A stretch of 64,000 bases of DNA from Bacilli bacterium (lineage in GTDB: Bacteria > Bacillota_I > Bacilli_A > RFN20 > CAG-826), in assembly GCA_051872335.1 (NCBI GenBank), contig JBJEDT010000024.1, forward strand, positions 6,984-70,983, in the 5' to 3' direction. Below are positions 17,706 to 26,911 of the stretch, one piece after another. Positions within the stretch are counted from its first letter, which is position 1. The number at the start of each line of letters is the position of its first letter. The position numbers and the translations under genes were made by a program. The notes below the pieces were generated by a model, which did not search any database, was not told the origin of the DNA, and was given only the letters and a program-made list of their open reading frames with translations.

Positions 17706-19408
17706 ATCTTTAAAATGTTCTTTATATATAAATATAATCTTTGTGGTTTATTAAAGACTTCATCTTTAGTTCTACCGACTGCATTAACATAAATCTTGCA
17801 TTTTGGTTCTGTACCACTTGGCCTAATAGAAACAACTGATTTATCTTCAAGAATAAATCTCATAACATCTGATTTAGGTAAAGTTAAATCTTTTACTTCT
17901 TCACCTTCATAACGTTTTGATTCTAAATAATCCTCAAAAGCCACAACACGTAAACGGCTAATCTCTTTAAATGGTTTTTCTCTAACTTTTGCTAAAAGAG
18001 TTTTCATATTTTCACTACCTTCAGCACCCTTAAATTCGACTGAATATTGAGTGTCTTTATAGAATTCACCTAATTTACGTTGTACATTATATAATACTTC
18101 ATCAAGATGTAAACCTTGTTCATTATAGAAACAAGCTAACTCAGCATATAGTAATGATGCTTGAAGACCATCTTTATCTCTAACAAATGGAGCAATTAAT
18201 GCACCATAACTTTCTTCATAACCAAACTCAAAATGTGGACCATTTTCTTCGACTTCAAATTCGTGGATTTTTTCACCAATAAATTTGAATCCTGTTAATA
18301 AAGATATTGTTTTAACTCCATATTGTTTAGCAATGTTTTCTCCAAATGAAGAAGTAACAATTGTATTAAACATTACACCGTTTGGACTTAATAATCCTTT
18401 AGCTTCTCTTTGAGATAAAACATAATCAAGTAGTAAAGCACCTGCTTCATTACCATTTAATTTACGATATGTACCATCTGATGCCAAGTAAGCTATACCA
18501 ACTCTATCAGCATCTGGATCAGTTGTAATAATTAAAGGAGCTTTAATACTATCAGCTAATTCAAGAGCTTTAGTATAAGCTTTTGGGCTTTCTGGGTTTG
18601 GTGATTCAGTACCAGAAAAATTAGGATCAGGATCACATTGAGAAGTGACTGGAACTACTTCATAACCAGCTTCATTAAAAATTCTCATTAAATTGACATA
18701 AGATGTACCATGTTGAGGAGAAAAAACAATTTTGTAACCCTCTTTTTTAACATCTGGATTTAATCTAATTCCTAAGACTGCTTGACAATAAGCATCATCA
18801 ACTTCAGGACCTAAAATATTAGTTTCACCATGAGGTTGGAATTCAGTTACTGCTGTTGCTAATTCATGATCCTTAGAAGCAATAATCTCTAAAAGTCTTT
18901 CAATCTTTTCAGGAACTAATTGACAGCCATTTTCATCATAAACCTTAAAACCATTATATTCTTTTGGATTGTGAGAAGCTGTAATTACAATACCACCAAC
19001 ACAATTTAAATATCTAATTGCAAAAGATAATTCAGGAGTAGGTCTCAAACTATCAAATATATATACATTAATACCATTAACATTTAAAATTTCAGCTGTT
19101 TCGTTACAAAACTCACGCGAATTCATTCGATTATCATGAGCAATAACAACACCTCTTTGACGTGCATCAGGGAATTTTTCTATTAAATATTCTCCATAAC
19201 AAACAGCAGCTTTAAGTATTGTAAAGAAATTCAATCTATTACTTCCAGGTCCCATTACCCCACGCATACCTGCAGTACCAAATTCAATATCTTTGAAGAA
19301 AGCATCGCTTCTTTCTTCTTGTGTCATTTTTCTTAAAATGTTTTTATCCTCTTTAGAAACTAAATCAGATTTAACCCATGTTTTATACTTATCATCAATA
19401 CTTCTCAT
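17702..19408 (-). CDS. pgcA: Phosphoglucomutase / phosphomannomutase (alpha-D-phosphohexomutase family).
   Basis: TASHNPKEYNGFKV active-site serine loop, 568 aa. Confidence 0.85.
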   Translation of the reverse strand: MRSIDDKYKTWVKSDLVSKEDKNILRKMTQEERSDAFFKDIEFGTAGMRGVMGPGSNRLNFFTILKAAVCYGEYLIEKFPDARQRGVVIAHDNRMNSREFCNETAEILNVNGINVYIFDSLRPTPELSFAIRYLNCVGGIVITASHNPKEYNGFKVYDENGCQLVPEKIERLLEIIASKDHELATAVTEFQPHGETNILGPEVDDAYCQAVLGIRLNPDVKKEGYKIVFSPQHGTSYVNLMRIFNEAGYEVVPVTSQCDPDPNFSGTESPNPESPKAYTKALELADSIKAPLIITTDPDADRVGIAYLASDGTYRKLNGNEAGALLLDYVLSQREAKGLLSPNGVMFNTIVTSSFGENIAKQYGVKTISLLTGFKFIGEKIHEFEVEENGPHFEFGYEESYGALIAPFVRDKDGLQASLLYAELACFYNEQGLHLDEVLYNVQRKLGEFYKDTQYSVEFKGAEGSENMKTLLAKVREKPFKEISRLRVVAFEDYLESKRYEGEEVKDLTLPKSDVMRFILEDKSVVSIRPSGTEPKCKIYVNAVGRTKDEVFNKPQRLYLYIKNILKI

Positions 19409-19462
19409 AAATAGACCCCTTATTAATATAAATTTTTATTAGTTTCTTAGCAATGATTAAAT

Positions 19463-20425
19463 TTATAATTTTGCTAAAATTTCTCGTTCTTTTTTTCCTA
19501 ATTCGCATATAAATTCCTTATTAGATAAATAGTTTAAGACTCCACTTAAATTTTTAAACTTAATTTTATATGCGTGTAAAAATTGTGATGAGTAATCAAA
19601 TTTTTGATTAAACTCTTTATTAACATTGAAATCACCATATTTACTATCCCCAACAATAGGATGACCAATGTGCGCCATATGTACTCTTATTTGATGAGTA
19701 CGACCAGTAATAAGTTTAACTTCTAACAAAGTAAAATTTCCAAAATGCTTTCTAATAAAATATTCAGTGACAGCAGTTTTAGCTCCATTTGCTAAAGTAG
19801 AAACTTTAACCATTCCAGTTTTTTCATTCTTTAATAATGGAACATTGATCACTCCATCTTTCATTATCTTTCCATTAACTAAAACATAATAATACTTATC
19901 AATTTCTTCTTTATCTTTAAATAGTTCAAGTAATTGTTGTAAAGCTGGTAAATTTTTACCAAAAATAACAATTCCTGAAGTATTTCTATCAAGTCTATGA
20001 GCAGGTCCTGGTATAAATCCTTGATCAATTTTTGGATCATATTCACCTTTACTAATTAAATATGAAATTACATATTTATCTAATGTTGCTTTATTATCTT
20101 TATCATCACTATGAACGAGTAATCCTTTTGGTTTATTAACAATTAAAATATTTTCATCTTCATATATAATATCAAGATTAAAATTTGATAATTCATACTT
20201 TTTAGGTTTATTAAAACTTGCTAATTGCTCATCTGTTACATAAATTTTTATAATATCATTTTCTTTTAAAATATAATCAATATCAATACGTTTATCATTT
20301 ACTTTAATATCTTTTTTCCTAAAAATTTTATATATAAAAGAAAGTGGAGCTTCGTTTAAAACTTTTCTAACATATTTATCAACACGCTGATTACAATCTT
20401 TTGCATTTATAGTTCTTTGTATCAT
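19463..20425 (-). CDS. RluA-family 23S rRNA pseudouridine synthase (RluD-like, with an S4 domain).
   Basis: HRLDRNTSGIVIFGKN catalytic-Asp motif; N-terminal S4-like region; AAAGGTGA RBS. Confidence 0.85.
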   Translation of the reverse strand: MIQRTINAKDCNQRVDKYVRKVLNEAPLSFIYKIFRKKDIKVNDKRIDIDYILKENDIIKIYVTDEQLASFNKPKKYELSNFNLDIIYEDENILIVNKPKGLLVHSDDKDNKATLDKYVISYLISKGEYDPKIDQGFIPGPAHRLDRNTSGIVIFGKNLPALQQLLELFKDKEEIDKYYYVLVNGKIMKDGVINVPLLKNEKTGMVKVSTLANGAKTAVTEYFIRKHFGNFTLLEVKLITGRTHQIRVHMAHIGHPIVGDSKYGDFNVNKEFNQKFDYSSQFLHAYKIKFKNLSGVLNYLSNKEFICELGKKEREILAKL

Positions 20426-20476
20426 ACACTCACCTTTATTAGTATAACATATATGATAAATAAATTTAATTTGTTA

Positions 20477-20505
20477 ATGACAAAAAAGATATTAATTGAT
20501 ATAAT
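20477..20505 (+). promoter_or_regulatory. Promoter for the tRNA-Ser gene: ATGACA-17-TATAAT.
   Basis: -35-like at 20477-20482 and a perfect -10 at 20500-20505, about 13 nt before the tRNA 5' end. Confidence 0.5.
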
Positions 20506-20518
20506 AACAAATGCAAAC

Positions 20519-20609
20519 GGAGAAATACCCAAGTGGCTGAAGGGGCTGGCTTGGAAAGCTAGTAGATGGGTAACACTATGCGAGGGTTCGAATCCCTCTT
20601 TCTCCGCCA
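20519..20609 (+). tRNA. tRNA-Ser (anticodon GGA) with a long variable arm, CCA encoded.
   Basis: Manually folded: 7-bp acceptor stem GGAGAAA/TTTCTCC; anticodon stem CTGGC/GCTAG with loop TTGGAAA (anticodon GGA); long variable arm; T-arm GGTTCGAATCC; 3' CCA. Total 91 nt. Confidence 0.85.
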
Positions 20610-20661
20610 GTATATAAACTAAGGGTTTGGATGCTTTCCAAGCCTTTTTATATTAAATTTA

Positions 20662-20699
20662 TTTGAACACTTGACAAATTGTTCAAATGTTATATTATA
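20662..20699 (+). promoter_or_regulatory. Operator/promoter of the arsR-family gene: TTTGAACA-N10-TGTTCAAA overlapping the promoter TTGACA-16-TATTAT.
   Basis: Perfect 8-bp inverted-repeat arms at 20662-20669 and 20680-20687; the -35 TTGACA (20671-20676) lies inside the repeat. Confidence 0.55.
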
Positions 20700-20719
20700 G
20701 TATACGAGGAGGTTATATT

Positions 20720-21025
20720 ATGTCAGAAAATGAAAAGAAGGAAGAATCCCTACTTTACGCAGCTGACCTATTTAAAATTTTAGGAGATTCAACGCGCATT
20801 AAAATATTATCTGTACTAATTGATAAAGAATTAAATGTTAGTCAGATTTGTGAAAAAATTTATTTAAACACCTCCGCTGTTTCACATCAATTAAGAGTTT
20901 TAAGACAATCTTATTTAGTTAAAAGTAGAAGAGTCGGAAAAGAAATTTATTACTCTTTAGATGATGAACATGTATCCATTATCATTAATATTGCTTTAGA
21001 GCATATAAATGAAAAGAAATGGTAG
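20720..21025 (+). CDS. ArsR/SmtB-family metalloregulator (alpha5 CzrA/NmtR-like metal site).
   Basis: LFKILGDSTRIKIL...VSQICEKIYLNTSAVSHQLRVL winged HTH; C-terminal DDEH-x9-EH resembles alpha5 site ligands; GAGGAGG RBS before the ATG at 20720. Confidence 0.8.
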   Translation: MSENEKKEESLLYAADLFKILGDSTRIKILSVLIDKELNVSQICEKIYLNTSAVSHQLRVLRQSYLVKSRRVGKEIYYSLDDEHVSIIINIALEHINEKKW

Positions 21026-21066
21026 AAATACCATTTATATTTTAAAGAACATTTGAATAATTGTTC
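21019..21066 (+). promoter_or_regulatory. Hairpin AAATGGTA-gaaa-TACCATTT followed by a second operator copy, GAACA-N10-TGTTC (21047-21066), upstream of the HMA gene.
   Basis: The 8-bp stem with a T-rich tail could be a terminator or attenuator. The inverted repeat has the same core and spacing as the site at 20662. Confidence 0.45.
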
Positions 21067-21094
21067 AAATAATCAAAAGAAATGAGGTATTATT

Positions 21095-21316
21095 ATGAGA
21101 AAAGTTTATAAGTTAGATGAACTAGATTGTGCATTATGTGGTGAAAAAATGCAAAAAGCTATTTTAGATTTACGAGAAATTAAAGATTGCACAGTAAGTT
21201 ATATTACTCAAAAGATGACAATTGAATATGATGATAATATAGATGAAGAAGCTTTATACATTAAAATTAGAAAAATTTGTCATAAAATTGAACCTGATTG
21301 TCAAATTATAAGATAA
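21095..21316 (+). CDS. Small heavy-metal-associated (HMA) domain protein (metallochaperone-like).
   Basis: 73 aa with LDCALCGEKM, a CxxC in the HMA position as in CadA N-terminal domains; immediately precedes the P-type ATPase. Confidence 0.55.
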   Translation: MRKVYKLDELDCALCGEKMQKAILDLREIKDCTVSYITQKMTIEYDDNIDEEALYIKIRKICHKIEPDCQIIR

Positions 21317-21330
21317 AGTAGGTGATTATT

Positions 21331-23202
21331 ATGTCCAAAAAACAAATAAAGAAACTAATAAGAATTATAGTTTCATTCGTTTTATTTATTATCTTATTTA
21401 TATGTGACCTAGTATTTAATTTAGGAAACATTATTCAAAATAATAAAATATCATGGATATTACCATTTGTTTTATATTTATCTATATATCTACTTATAGG
21501 ATATGATGTACTTTTAAAAGCTATAAAAAATATTTTTAAAGGACAAATTTTCGATGAAAATTTTTTAATGATTATTGCTACAATAGGAGCATTTGGAATA
21601 AAAGAATATGCTGAAGGTGTCGCAGTTTTATTATTTTATCAAATTGGTGAATGGTTCCAAGACTATGCTGTTAGAAAATCAAGAAAATCAATTTCTAGTT
21701 TAATGGATATTCGTCCTGACTTTGCTAATTTAAAACAAAATGATGGAACATATGAAATAGTTGATCCAAGTGTAGTTAACATTGATGATATAATTTTAGT
21801 TAAACCCGGAGAAAAAGTCCCTCTTGATGGAATAATAATTAATGGAGAATCATCTTTAGATACAAAAGCATTAACTGGAGAATCTCTTCCTTTAGAGGTT
21901 GCAAATAATTCAAAAGTATTATCTGGATCATTAAATTTAACAGGAACTATTGAAATTAAAGTTGAAAAAACTTTTTATAATTCAACTGTTTCCAAAATAT
22001 TAGACCTTGTTGAAAATGCAGCTAGCAAAAAATCAAAATCAGAAAATTTTATTTCTAAGTTTGCTCGTGTTTATACTCCTTTAGTTGTAATAGGAGCTTT
22101 CTTACTAGCTCTTATTGGTGGATTAATTACAAACGATTGGTTAAATTGGATAGAAAGATCATTGAATTTCTTAGTCGTTTCTTGTCCATGTGCATTAGTT
22201 ATTTCTATTCCTTTATCTTTTTTTGCTGGAATTGGAGGGGCATCAAAGAATGGTATTTTAATTAAAGGTTCCTCCTATATGGAAAAATTAAATAAAGCAA
22301 ATATCTTTGTATTTGATAAAACAGGAACATTAACAAAAGGTAATTTTGTTATAACTAGTATTAATCCTGAATCTAATAAAGATAAAATCTTAAAATATGC
22401 AGCTATTGCAGAAGCTAATTCTATTCACCCAATAGCTCTTTCAATTAAAGAAGCTTATGGAAAAAAAGTAGATACCAATTATCAATTAATCAATATTTTA
22501 GGTAAAGGAATAATTGCAAAGGGCAAAGAAACTATTATATGTGGTAATGAAAAATTATTAGAAGAAAATAATATCAGATTCGAAAAAAACGATGGAATCG
22601 GGACTCTTATATATGTAGCAGTTAATAATAAATTCTTAGGAACTATTTGTATATCTGATGAAATAAAAAGTGAAGCTAAAGACACAATTAACTATTTAAA
22701 TTCAATTGGTGCTCAATCAATTATGCTAACTGGAGATAATGAAAAAATAGCCTCATCAGTTGCCAATAATCTCAATCTTACTAATTATAAATCATCCTTA
22801 CTTCCTCAAAACAAAGTCGAAGAATTAGATAAAATATTAGAAAACAAAAACAAAAATGATGTTGTTTGTTTTGTTGGTGATGGCATTAACGATGCTCCTG
22901 TATTAATGAAATCAGATATAGGAATTTCAATGGGTGGTGTCGGTTCTGATGCAGCAATAGAAGCTTCTGACGTAGTAATTATGAATGACAATTTAAATGC
23001 TATTTGTAAAGCTAAAAAAATTGCTAAGAAAACACTTTTGATTGTGAATGAAAACATAGTATTTGCATTAGGTATTAAAGCAATAGTATTAATACTATCA
23101 ATATTAGGGTTAGCTAACATGTGGCTTGCTATTATAGCAGATGTTGGTGTTTCATTTATTGCAATATTAAATGCCATGAGAGCTAATTCGAAAAAATATT
23201 AA
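21331..23202 (+). CDS. Heavy-metal translocating P1B-type ATPase (Zn/Cd/Co-type, lacking an N-terminal HMA domain).
   Basis: CPC in a transmembrane helix (VVSCPCALVISIP), DKTGTLT phosphorylation site, GDGINDAP hinge, C-terminal ADVG (ZntA-like Asp); AGGTGA RBS. Confidence 0.9.
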   Translation: MSKKQIKKLIRIIVSFVLFIILFICDLVFNLGNIIQNNKISWILPFVLYLSIYLLIGYDVLLKAIKNIFKGQIFDENFLMIIATIGAFGIKEYAEGVAVLLFYQIGEWFQDYAVRKSRKSISSLMDIRPDFANLKQNDGTYEIVDPSVVNIDDIILVKPGEKVPLDGIIINGESSLDTKALTGESLPLEVANNSKVLSGSLNLTGTIEIKVEKTFYNSTVSKILDLVENAASKKSKSENFISKFARVYTPLVVIGAFLLALIGGLITNDWLNWIERSLNFLVVSCPCALVISIPLSFFAGIGGASKNGILIKGSSYMEKLNKANIFVFDKTGTLTKGNFVITSINPESNKDKILKYAAIAEANSIHPIALSIKEAYGKKVDTNYQLINILGKGIIAKGKETIICGNEKLLEENNIRFEKNDGIGTLIYVAVNNKFLGTICISDEIKSEAKDTINYLNSIGAQSIMLTGDNEKIASSVANNLNLTNYKSSLLPQNKVEELDKILENKNKNDVVCFVGDGINDAPVLMKSDIGISMGGVGSDAAIEASDVVIMNDNLNAICKAKKIAKKTLLIVNENIVFALGIKAIVLILSILGLANMWLAIIADVGVSFIAILNAMRANSKKY

Positions 23203-23214
23203 TATACAAATTTA

Positions 23215-23246
23215 AAAGGCTACTGTGTAACACAATAGCCTTTTTA
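23215..23246. terminator. Bidirectional terminator: GGCTACTGTG-taa-CACAATAGCC followed by T5.
   Basis: 10-bp stem with one mismatch, between convergent genes. Confidence 0.6.
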
Positions 23247-23257
23247 TTTACCAAAAA

Positions 23258-23653
23258 TTATTCTTTTTCTTCAACATCTTTTGCTTCAACTTCAACTACT
23301 TCTTCTTGTACAGGAGCAGCCATAGTAGAATCTAAACGTTGTTTTCTCTTAAGTTCTCTTTCTCTTACTAAATCATCTTTTTTAGCAAAATGATATAAAG
23401 TTAATACAACAACTAAAACTCCAATTAAGAAAATTACAAAACCTAAAGATAAAAATGTAACTCTAAATTTGAACCAATTAGTCATTGAAACTTCAGCTTG
23501 ATAAATTGAATTATCTGCTAAAGGACAATTTAATAAAGCACCAACAATGTGAGTTATAATAAGAGCAAGTCCACCTAATAAGAAGATGCCACCTATAATA
23601 TCCCAAACTAATTCTTTTATATAAATTTTTCTTTTTTTCATAAAATAATTCAT
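23258..23653 (-). CDS. Hypothetical two-TM membrane protein with an acidic C-terminus.
   Basis: Two hydrophobic helices and an AGGAGA RBS. The start is ambiguous between 23653 and 23641. Confidence 0.4.
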   Translation of the reverse strand: MNYFMKKRKIYIKELVWDIIGGIFLLGGLALIITHIVGALLNCPLADNSIYQAEVSMTNWFKFRVTFLSLGFVIFLIGVLVVVLTLYHFAKKDDLVRERELKRKQRLDSTMAAPVQEEVVEVEAKDVEEKE

Positions 23654-23726
23654 CTCCTAGTCTTAAAAATTTTACCATAAATATATTTTATATTCAATCA
23701 TTAATCTAGGAAACGATAAATTAATG

Positions 23727-23939
23727 TTATCCGATAATATCATCAAAAAAAATATCATCGGGTTTTACATCAAAAATGCTAGCCATTGAAATAGCCATCT
23801 TATAATCTAAACTTCTTTTACCAGTTTCTATCATTGATAAATATGCTTTTGAAACATTGAGTTTCTTTGCAATTGTATCAAGATTCAATCCTCTTTCTTT
23901 TCTTAAACATCTAAATTTAGATAATCTAGCTTCGTTCAT
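23727..23939 (-). CDS. Small XRE-family HTH transcriptional regulator (70 aa).
   Basis: LDTIAKKLNVSKAYLSMIETGKR helix-turn-helix. The ATG at 23939 has an AGGAGG RBS; the longer ORF-track start at 24104 has none. Confidence 0.7.
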   Translation of the reverse strand: MNEARLSKFRCLRKERGLNLDTIAKKLNVSKAYLSMIETGKRSLDYKMAISMASIFDVKPDDIFFDDIIG

Positions 23940-24078
23940 AAGTTTCCTCCTAAACAAAGAGTAAATCAATATTAAAAAAAGAACTATATGTTTATTTTCT
24001 AATTTTTTTAAGTGAAGAAAAAAACGACAAATTATGATATAAAAGTCATAAAATTTGTCGCATTTACTCACAGTTTGT

Positions 24079-25077
24079 TTAATCAACTTTGATAGATTTT
24101 TCAAACTTGTCCATTAATTTATCTTCTAACTCTTCTTCAGTAGCACTAGTTTCTACACCTTCAGGTACGTCAGCACTTCCAGGTACTTCAGTATTTTCAT
24201 CTTTAGCTACTTCGTTACCAGCTGCTTTAGCTTGTTCTGCTAAAAATTTATTAGCATCAGCGAACAATTTTTGTAAAGAAACCATATTTAATTGTTCATA
24301 TTTTGCAACTAATGCTTGGATTTGTTTTAAAGTTTCATTTGCAGATGCAAATAAATTTTCACCCTCAGCTAATTTTACTCTACCATTCATTTTAGAAATA
24401 ATATTCTCAGTTGCATCAAACATTGTAATTAATTCAGCATCAGCTTTTGGTTGATTACGATCAAATTGAGAATGTGCTCTAATGAAATTTAAGAAACTTA
24501 CTAGTTGGTTAATATCATTAGTAATGAAGTTTGATTGAGGTGAAGGTTGGCCATTGTTCTCTCTCATTGCATCATTAAATTCTTTAAATGTTTTTACTAA
24601 ATCCGTAAAAATAACCATATAAGATATACCACGATAGAATTTGTTATTTACTTCAACAGCTTTTAAAAATTCTTCATCAACTAGGTTTTCTTTTTGGCCA
24701 TGGTTTATAAATCCATAAACAATATCTGAAAGAGTTTCATATAATCCAACAACATATGAATAAATTTTAATGTGTTGAGAATGATCAACTCTTAAACCTT
24801 CATTACTTAAACGTAATACAATTGAATCATCACCATAAATTTCTTCGATAAACTCTCTTAATTGAGAATCAATTTTTGCACCTGTTTCACCATTTCTTTT
24901 TAAGAAATCAGCTAATTGAGTTGGTTTATCTAAAGATTCAAGAAGTACTCTTCTTCTTTCTTTAAACATTTCTACATTGTATTCTTTTCCTTCTTTTACT
25001 AAAGTATACTCCAAAGTATCTCTTAATAAGATTGAATAATGTAATAATGTAAAAATTGCATGTGTAGTCCTATTCAT
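24079..25077 (-). CDS. Hypothetical cytoplasmic protein (~330 aa) with a helical, acidic C-terminal tail.
   Basis: Non-random composition and a GGAGGT RBS before the ATG at 25077; 17-nt gap after the HAD gene, so probably an operon. No family recognised. Confidence 0.4.
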   Translation of the reverse strand: MNRTTHAIFTLLHYSILLRDTLEYTLVKEGKEYNVEMFKERRRVLLESLDKPTQLADFLKRNGETGAKIDSQLREFIEEIYGDDSIVLRLSNEGLRVDHSQHIKIYSYVVGLYETLSDIVYGFINHGQKENLVDEEFLKAVEVNNKFYRGISYMVIFTDLVKTFKEFNDAMRENNGQPSPQSNFITNDINQLVSFLNFIRAHSQFDRNQPKADAELITMFDATENIISKMNGRVKLAEGENLFASANETLKQIQALVAKYEQLNMVSLQKLFADANKFLAEQAKAAGNEVAKDENTEVPGSADVPEGVETSATEEELEDKLMDKFEKSIKVD

Positions 25078-25094
25078 AATAACCTCCAAAATGA

Positions 25095-25928
25095 CTAATC
25101 TAGATATTCATCTAATGCATATACTCTTCTTACTGTATGCTTAGCGTGACATCTAACGTGTTCAGCTGCATGTTTCATACAGAATGAATTGTTATAAAAA
25201 GCATCAAACATTGGAATATCATTGCCTGAATCACCTATGACATATAATTCATTAGGTTCTTTTTTATAATAATGTAATACTTGTTTAAGACCTTCTGATT
25301 TATTACAACCAGCTGGTGTAATTTCTAAGAATGATCCAGTAAATGCCGATTCAACATCCTTATAGTTTTCTTTTAAAAACTCATGAGCAGCAATTGCTTG
25401 CTTTTTTGCTTGTTTATTTAAACCAAAGAATAACATAAGTTTATAGACTTTACCATTTAATAATTCGTTTTCTTCTGCACTATCATCAACAAATAAGTAA
25501 TCTTCAGCATATACACCTTGAAAACTATAGACAACAGTTAAAAGAAATTTAAAAAAGCCATGATATTTTCCTGGGTTAATTAATAGAGGGAATTGTTCTG
25601 ACATAACTGTAGATGCACATACATTAAATCTTTGTCTTAACTGTTCATAAATTTCAACAATTCGATCACCAAGACCAATATTTTGAATAATTTCACCATT
25701 TAATTTAATAAATGAACCGTTACAATTTACAAAATCTAAAGGTCGACCAACTAAAGCTTCTACTTTTTTACCGTATTCATAATTACGACCCGAAACTACT
25801 ATAATGTGATCTCCTTTATCTATCCTACCCCTTAAAAATTTCAGATTCTTTTTACTAATCATTTTAAATCTTTTCTTAGGATAAAATAGTGTGCCATCTA
25901 AATCAGTTGCGATAAGTTTAAAACCCAC
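25095..25928 (-). CDS. Cof-type HAD-IIB hydrolase.
   Basis: LIATDLDGTLF motif I and GDSGNDIPMF motif; GTG start with an AGGTGA RBS. Confidence 0.75.
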   Translation of the reverse strand: MGFKLIATDLDGTLFYPKKRFKMISKKNLKFLRGRIDKGDHIIVVSGRNYEYGKKVEALVGRPLDFVNCNGSFIKLNGEIIQNIGLGDRIVEIYEQLRQRFNVCASTVMSEQFPLLINPGKYHGFFKFLLTVVYSFQGVYAEDYLFVDDSAEENELLNGKVYKLMLFFGLNKQAKKQAIAAHEFLKENYKDVESAFTGSFLEITPAGCNKSEGLKQVLHYYKKEPNELYVIGDSGNDIPMFDAFYNNSFCMKHAAEHVRCHAKHTVRRVYALDEYLD

Positions 25929-25996
25929 TTTTTAATCACCTTTAATTATTATACACCATAACTGTATAAAAAGTAATAATAAGTTAATAATAGATT

Positions 25997-26911
25997 ATGC
26001 AAAGGAACTTTATAATGAATCAAACAAGTAAAACTATAAACAAAGAATCAATCAAATTGTTTTTATTGAATTATTTTCCTATTTTAATTTTCTTCATTTT
26101 AACTTTAATAATGATTATGCTTTTAAATTTTACATCCTTAAAAACATTTCTCTTTTTTATTATTACGTCGATTTTATGTATTCTAACTTTATTATCTACT
26201 TTATTAATTAAGAAAAAGAATAAACATAATAATGAAACATTCAATAAAAAATTTATTAAAGAAAACCTTACTAATGTCATTCAAATAATGGATAGTAATC
26301 TTTCCTATTTAGAAGATAATTACACACTTAATGACTTAAATCATTTTCATTTATTCAACAACATCAGTAAAATAAGTGGTTCTTATTATATTGAAGGTCA
26401 ATATTTAAAAAATGAAATTAAGATAGGTTACATTTCTATAACCGAAGAATTTAAAAAAATAATTAAAAACAAGAAAAGAAAGTTCAAAATTAAATCTTTT
26501 TCTGGTTACATTATTAAAGTAAATTTAAATGAAATTTTAATTGATGGAAATCTTATAGTCTTACCTCGTGGTGATTTATCAGATGGTTTAATCAATCAAA
26601 TGTTTTTAAATTTTAACTTAAAAGAAATGTTAAATAATGATTATTCACTTGATAAATATATTTTTTTAAATAGTAATTTAAATGAAAACAAAACTGAAGC
26701 CTTACCTAAAAAAATAAAAAAAGCATTAGTGAAGTTATCAATGCAATATGAAAATAAATTACGCATTTATATCAATAATAACAGTCTTCTTTTACTAGTT
26801 GAAAATTCTTCATTTAATATACCTTTATTTAAACTGATTAATAAAAGAAATACATTAAATATATTAAATACACACCTTCAATTATTAAATATTGTTAACT
26901 CATTCATTTAA
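25997..26911 (+). CDS. Hypothetical Asn/Lys/Ile-rich protein with two N-terminal TM helices.
   Basis: Long ORF, but its composition is close to what an AT-rich background would give; N-terminal hydrophobic helices. Weakly supported. Confidence 0.3.
   Translation: MQRNFIMNQTSKTINKESIKLFLLNYFPILIFFILTLIMIMLLNFTSLKTFLFFIITSILCILTLLSTLLIKKKNKHNNETFNKKFIKENLTNVIQIMDSNLSYLEDNYTLNDLNHFHLFNNISKISGSYYIEGQYLKNEIKIGYISITEEFKKIIKNKKRKFKIKSFSGYIIKVNLNEILIDGNLIVLPRGDLSDGLINQMFLNFNLKEMLNNDYSLDKYIFLNSNLNENKTEALPKKIKKALVKLSMQYENKLRIYINNNSLLLLVENSSFNIPLFKLINKRNTLNILNTHLQLLNIVNSFI

Noticed and set aside
20417-20617. 66-aa ORF on the plus strand overlapping the tRNA-Ser.
   Set aside because: It is a translation of the tRNA gene and its promoter region. 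The tRNA fold, with acceptor stem, anticodon GGA, long variable arm and CCA, is far better supported.
20519-23300. tRNA-Ser-adjacent genomic island or integrated element carrying the metal-efflux operon.
   Set aside because: No integrase, recombinase or direct repeat of the tRNA 3' end was seen in the window. tRNA adjacency alone is insufficient, so this is kept only as a comparative-genomics suggestion within the metal-operon finding.
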